Below are positions 57,002 to 64,000 of a stretch of DNA of 64,000 nt, piece by piece. The notes under the pieces are model-generated. The model worked only from the letters and a program-made list of their open reading frames with translations. It searched no databases and was not told the origin of the DNA. This DNA comes from Eledone cirrhosa (Eukaryota). The stretch spans positions 40,734,001 to 40,798,000 of the forward strand of contig OZ024753.1 of assembly GCA_964016885.1 (NCBI GenBank). The letters run 5' to 3'. The position numbers and the translations under genes were made by a program. The stretch's first letter is position 1; every line of letters begins with the position of its first letter.

Positions 57002-59851
57002 TTTCTTATTCACATTAATAATAGATTTTCCATTTCGTCCATGTGGGAAACGTAAGTGTAATTAAGCCTATATATAATTTCCACCACAGTATACCTTTTA
57101 GTTCATCCCTTTTCTTTAAAATGGTACTAATTGTAGATTTTTGCCTACACATACTCCATACTAAATTCAGTTAAACTTGTGCCAGATTTCCTCTTAGAAA
57201 TAAGATATTTTAATGTCTATAGTAATATTCTTTATTGCTTTGCTTTTTGCATAGTGAATATTTTTATGAAAAAAATGTCATAAATCATAACACTAACGTT
57301 TCTTTGAAAACATTCTACCGGTCCAAATGATATCAGAATAAGCATAATGACGTTAAGGTAACATGTGTGGTAAACTGAAAGCCACATGGTTACATTAAGT
57401 TTTGTTTATATCCGGCTTTTCTCTGAAAGACGAGATATGTGAGTAAATTCTTTGCTTAAATCTGATTTGTACCATACCCCTATATCTTTTCCTGCCCAAT
57501 GTTTTGGGTGGAGTTTTCAGGTGTAACTACGGCTTCTTGTATTATGTAAGTACTGTTATATACCAGATGCTGATGGCATTCGACGTTTATCCTGCAAGAG
57601 CATCTTGGTGCTTTTCTGATTATGTCTCGCAGTTATCATCGACATCATGGAAGCCCCGCATGAATAACTTATCTTAACCGAGTGTCTACTAAAGATCTTA
57701 CTATAACTGTGCAAAGATGGGAAACGTTTATCTATTATTACTAGGAATATCCCCCCCCCCCCCGCCCCTCCAGTCTTCAAACTCTACAAATGTATGTGTG
57801 TGAACATTTTTTCAAAGTGTGTACATGTGTTTTGTTTACATCTTATATACGATATTTTTATTTTTATATGCAAATCTATTGCGTGTAATTTCTAATCACT
57901 TCTCTTGAGGATTCTTGTAGACAATCTATTTTTCATTTTAGAGTGGAATTAACTAATCAAACATGGGGAAAATGGAAAAGAAGAAGAGAGGAATATTTCA
58001 TTCATGTCAGAATTACTTGTTACATATTTCAGCAGTCGTCTTTGTTTGTTTGTTGATGTTGACAGAAAAAAAGTTTCCCACGTACAGACATTTGCTATTA
58101 GGAAAAAGGAAAATAAGAAAATAATCTTGAAAATTCTTCAACAACCGCAAATCTTTGAATTCTGTGAATTGATTCTACTTGATTCTTCTTTCACAGATAT
58201 ATAAAATATAACGTATAAAATATAACGTATACAACGTACAAAATATATATAATATAAATATAAAATATATATATATAATATAAATATAAAATATGAATAT
58301 AAAACATATATTTAAAATATATATATAAAATATAAATATAATATATAAATATAATATATATAGAAAATATATATATGAAATATAAATATAAAAATAAATG
58401 TAAAATAAATATATATAGAAAATATAAATATGATATATATGGATATAATATATATATCAAATCTAAAAAGAAAATGAAGCATAAAAAACTAGATATGTAC
58501 CAATATGTCAATAATGTATTGGAAAGAGTGGGAAAAAAAGACAGAAAGAATTAAATAAATAAAGGACGAAAGAATGAATACAAGAGAGAAAGAAACAAAT
58601 AGAGATAAGGAGCTAAAAACAAATAATGAAGCAAATATCAACCAAAACATGATTCATAAGTATCTGGCTTTGAGAATTGGGTTTTATTTTATAAAACTTA
58701 ATTTTTTTTTTACACATTTTTTTGGGTATTTTTACATTTTTGTTGATTTTTTTTTGTTATTTATTATATTTTATTCCCATAAACAATTTTCTGTTGCTTT
58801 TCTTGTTTTTTTAGTTAGTTATCATATTACATGTTTCTTTTTTGTTGTTGTGGTTTTTTTATTATTATTTCATATATAAGTTTGCAGGTTTTATTTATTT
58901 TCATTTATATTATTTTATTTTATTTAATATTTCTTATATCATTTATATTCTCGAAACATTTGTTTTTTCATTTTTAGATTTTACATGGTTTTATTTTCTA
59001 TTTCTTTTCTCTCCCTATTGCCACTAAAATGAAATCCGTGCTTGAATCCTTCTGAATCCTTCACATAGAATCCGTCATTGGCGATCGCTTCCTTTCGCCA
59101 TTGTGGCCTTCAGGCTGTAATATCTCTGAGCACTCTTAGGATTGAAAAGGATAAAATGAAAACTGACATCTCAATTCTCTTCCCATAGAAACGAAATTCA
59201 TTCAAAACGGCAAGAACCGATTCTGACGTTGGTAAGTGTCTTCTACATCTGCCGCTATGATACTACCGATTCTAAACATTGATTTGTGGAAACTTCTCCT
59301 GACTTCTTGTCACAGGTATCCGTTTCCAAACAAACAAAAAGCGACATTTTCGTGTCACTCGAAAATCCTTATAACAGCTTCTACAATATCGATGCAGTCG
59401 TCAAAAGAGAGCTGTCTATTTGAATTTTATTGTCATTGTCCAAGAAAGAACTGTTGTCTATTGGAGTTTGTACACAGCTATCTCTTCCGGTCGTTTCCAA
59501 AGTAGAAAAATCGTTTATTTAACCATGCCGGAAATTGTGTGATGGCTAAAGCTTTTGAGGTAGAAAGTTTGGAAAGAAAAATCGAAACTATTGTAATTAT
59601 GGCTGAGCAGTTTCATACAATCAATTTCCCGAATACACACGCTTCTGGTTTTGTGTATGTATATATGTATGAAACATATGTATGTATGAAATATATGTAT
59701 GTATGAAACATATGTATGTATGTATGAAACGTATGTATGAAATATATGTATGAAATATATGTATGTATGAAATATATGTATGTATATATGTATGAAGGTT
59801 TGTATGCATGTATGTATGAAGGTTTGTATATATGTATGTAGGTTTCCATGC

Positions 59852-59898
<47 letters not shown>

Positions 59899-60030
59899 TT
59901 TATGTTTGTACGCATGTATGTATATATGTACGTATGTATATGTATGTATATAATATGTATGCGTATGTATGTATGTATTTACGTATGTACGTATGCATAT
60001 ATGTGTGTATGAATGTATCTTTGTATGAAC

Positions 60031-60078
<48 letters not shown>

Positions 60079-60264
60079 GTTTATTTGTATATGTACGTAT
60101 GCATGTATCCAAGTATGTGTGTGTGTGTCTCATTATATATTAATGAGTGTTTGAGCAATAAACCGTTTATTTGAGGGTACGTATGTATGCTTGCAAATAT
60201 ATATATATATATACATATATACACATGTATATATATGTATATATATATATATACATATATACAC

Positions 60265-60316
<52 letters not shown>

Positions 60317-60535
60317 GTAATCCTCTATAGGTCTATGCACTTTCCTTTGTGTGACAGGAATGTAAATATATCAATACATGTATGCACACGTTATTGCTTG
60401 TATGAATAGGTTTCCATATATTCGCGTGCTAGATTTAGTGTCACTCTTTACATATGACAGTGTGCAGTTGTTTCTATGCAATGCATATCATTGATTATAA
60501 CAGACAGCCTCTCTGAATGTGCATAGGATAATTAT

Positions 60536-60680
60536 GGGTGCACGAATGGCTGTGTAGTTAGGAATTTCTATTCAGAAACTATATAGTTGGGGTTTTCGCA
60601 CATTGAGAAAATGTCTCCAGCTATAAGCTCCGGTCAAACAAACATCTCTGGGTCTAATTTAATAAACAGAAACTGTGCGA
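60536..60680 (+). mobile_element. Highly diverged third SINE type
   Basis: tggctgtgtagttag..tgtctccagctata..acagaaactg resembles a common octopus tRNA-SINE; recognised from memory only. Confidence 0.45.
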
Positions 60681-60832
60681 TAGTATAAATTCTTCGCAGA
60701 ACTTCGCATCAATGCAGTTATACTGATAAACATTGCAACATTTTTATTATATAGGTAGCTATGTATCCAGCGAATGCACAATTGACCGTGATATCCGAGA
60801 CCTGTTTAGCAGGGCAAGGGCAGCGTTTTGAC

Positions 60833-61127
60833 CAGAGTTTCCCAACCTGAGCGATATAGCCCAGTAGGGGGCAATTTCAAATGTTGGATGGACGATGAGC
60901 ATCCGAACAGAAAATGTTGGGTTATTGGGAATGAATGATTTAGGATTTTGAATATTAAGAATGTATTTTAAATTATTCTACCCGAAAAACAATATATATA
61001 CGCAAATGATATATAAAAAGATCCTGTATAAATGTATAAAAACAAACGGGAATATCGAACCAGTAACAAACTTTTACTAAACATTTTTTATATGCTCTGA
61101 ATGTTTACTATACAGGTGGAAAAATTG
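60833..61127. mobile_element. Possible degenerate hAT MITE
   Basis: Left end cagagtttcccaacct; weak right end aggtggaaaaattg. Confidence 0.35.
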
Positions 61128-61223
61128 GTCTTAAATCAGTGAAAAGAGAATACGCCCGAAGTTATCACCTATTGCATGTCGTCATATATTCGACTGACTA
61201 TTAAATACGACTGTATGTGTATA

Positions 61224-61359
<136 letters not shown>

Positions 61360-61389
61360 AACTAGCAACACAACAGGTTTAAGAATAAA

Positions 61390-61860
61390 TGAGCTTAGCA
61401 CTCCCTTGTCTGTTGAAAAATTATGAATGTTGGATTCTTATAAAATTCCAGTAATAATCAGAAACTGATTATACAGAGCGGTTGCCGGTCCAGCAAAAAT
61501 TGAAAATTAGAATTGGTGCTCTGAAATAACGATGTATATATGAATATATATATATATAGTGTATTTGGTAATACACGGTATGCTTAATTAAAAGCATTTT
61601 GAAGACCTTACGCTATTGTTTACTGGAATTCTATAAGAATCCAACATTCATAATTTTTCAACAGACAAGGGAAGTGCTAAGCTCAGAGGAATACCATCAG
61701 TATGAAATAGAGATCTGTCACCTTATCTCCCTTTGTTTGTTGAAAAAAGAAGTAAGTGACATAGTCACTACTTTAAAACAATAGCGTAAGGTCTTCAAAA
61801 TGCTTTTAATTAAGCATACAGTGTATTACCAACTACAGTATATATACATTCATATATATA
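61390..61860. repeat. Interleaved inverted repeats A-B-A'-B'
   Basis: A 61390-61454 / A' 61620-61685; B 61535-61621 / B' 61776-61860. Confidence 0.88.
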
Positions 61861-62054
61861 TATATCAAGCGTTAACCTAATATATCCTTCCATATTCTAT
61901 ACCGATTGTGTTGTTATTTCTGTTTATCTTTTACATATATACATATATATATACACATATATATATACATATATATATATATATAGTAATAATAATAAAT
62001 TTGAAGCGATTCTTTGCTTAAACTTTAATCTGTTATTTTAATAAATATATATAT

Positions 62055-62123
<69 letters not shown>

Positions 62124-62245
62124 AATATTAAAATTAAAATATAAATATAAATATAAATATATAAATATAAATTAGCGAGAATCGTATTTCAGCTTTGGAA
62201 TTAGCGAAAAACACTAATGTGTTGTTATTTCCGTTTATCTTTTAC

Positions 62246-62335
<90 letters not shown>

Positions 62336-62389
62336 GATAAACGGAAATAACAACACAATCGGTACAGAATATGGAAGGGATATATTGAT

Positions 62390-62459
<70 letters not shown>

Positions 62460-62462
<3 letters not shown>

Positions 62463-62665
62463 AAGGAGTAGGACCCGGACGGCTGAGCTCAACCCATTTC
62501 GACGGCTAATTCTGGACTAAAACATTTTACTCCAGAATTAGCCGTCGAAACGGCTTGAGCTCAGCCGTCGGGGTCCTACTCGTTCCTATTACCCACTCTA
62601 CTACCCTAATCATTGAGTACTTTGGTGCGTTATGGTCCACCTGGTTCCTTACCACATTTCCTTCG

Positions 62666-62667
<2 letters not shown>
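62460..62667 (+). mobile_element. Family B fold-back cassette
   Basis: Short inverted arm 62460-62519 and long arm 62529-62667; both ends lie in (TA)n. Confidence 0.9.
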
Positions 62668-62759
<92 letters not shown>

Positions 62760-63054
62760 ATCAATAGATATACATACAATATAATATATAGGAAATGAGA
62801 CAATTCATGTCGGAAGGACTGCAAGACGAACAACCAGAAGAAGGAATAGAAAGATAGATAAGATAGATAAATAGAAAGAAAGTCAAAGACAGAGGAAAGC
62901 AAAAGCAACCGAGGAATATAGCCAAGAGATAAACAACACATTAATGATATAAGGGTGTATTTTACTTGAGAAGAAACTATACATAGAAATGGTTATGGTA
63001 GGTGTATATATGTGTGTATATTTATCTATCTATCTATCTATCTATGAATTTATT

Positions 63055-63116
<62 letters not shown>

Positions 63117-63120
<4 letters not shown>

Positions 63121-63246
63121 CCGTCGAAACGGCTTGAGCTCAGCTGTCGGGGTCTTACTGGTTCCTATTACCCACTCTACTACCTCAAGTATTGAGTACT
63201 TTGGTGCGTTATGGTCCACCTGGTTCCTTACCACATTTCCTTCGTT
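63117..63246 (+). mobile_element. Family B long arm only
   Basis: ttagccgtcgaaacggcttgagctcagctgtcggggtc..catttccttcgtt, flanked by (TA)n on both sides. Confidence 0.9.
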
Positions 63247-63272
63247 ATATATATATATATGTATATATATGA

Positions 63273-63392
<120 letters not shown>

Positions 63393-63752
63393 GGGGGTAC
63401 ACTCAAAAAACATTTGACAGCAGTCGAATTTTGAAAAGATTTCTGTCGTGGACATAACTAGTAATTTCCGCCTACCGTTCGCTCCCCCTTCTATATTCCA
63501 TTCTTTCAGTAAATTTGCAAGATGTGGGACAGAAGAGATGAAAGAATTCTCTTTCCTTCTAAAGATTTCCATTTCCAAAGCAAGCATTTATTCCTTTATT
63601 TACGTTACTTACTTATTCCATTCCTTCTTTGTAATTTTGTTTTATATCCTACTTTACTATTTACTATATACTCTTGTATTTTCGAATGTCTATAGATTTC
63701 GTTCTATTCAATTACACACACAGAAATACACAGAAACACACACACACAAACA

Positions 63753-63825
<73 letters not shown>

Positions 63826-64000
63826 ATATATACATAGATATTTATATATAAATATATATAAAATATATATAAATATATACATACATGTAATTGTATATAT
63901 GTATATATGTAAATATATTTATATATTTATATATAGAGAGATCTATGAATGTATATATATATATATATATATATACAGAGAGAGAGAGAGAGAAAGAGAG

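Overview
Eukaryotic, very AT-rich, repeat-dominated non-coding DNA (intergenic or inside a large intron). The SINE families and the very high microsatellite density resemble octopus/coleoid cephalopod genomes; that assignment is an inference. No ORF in the supplied track is a credible host gene. Almost all are translations of micro- or minisatellites, and the only recognisable protein sequences are three RTE-clade LINE C-terminal remnants. The window holds about 20 copies of a tRNA-derived SINE with a Meta-like domain, other SINEs, a hAT element with an 8-bp TSD carrying a 37-bp array, a mariner-like MITE, and several minisatellites (121/92, 45, 37, 31, ~66 and 36 bp). The most interesting signal is a set of short, sequence-unrelated cassettes embedded in (TA)n tracts. 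Many form long fold-back palindromes, and many carry type-I hammerhead-ribozyme grammar (stem I - CUGANGA - stem II - GAAA - short or palindromic stem III - UH - stem I). This fits Penelope-like or retrozyme-like 3' ends, and the palindrome axis often falls at the start of the ribozyme or inside stem II. All folds were read by eye and are untested.
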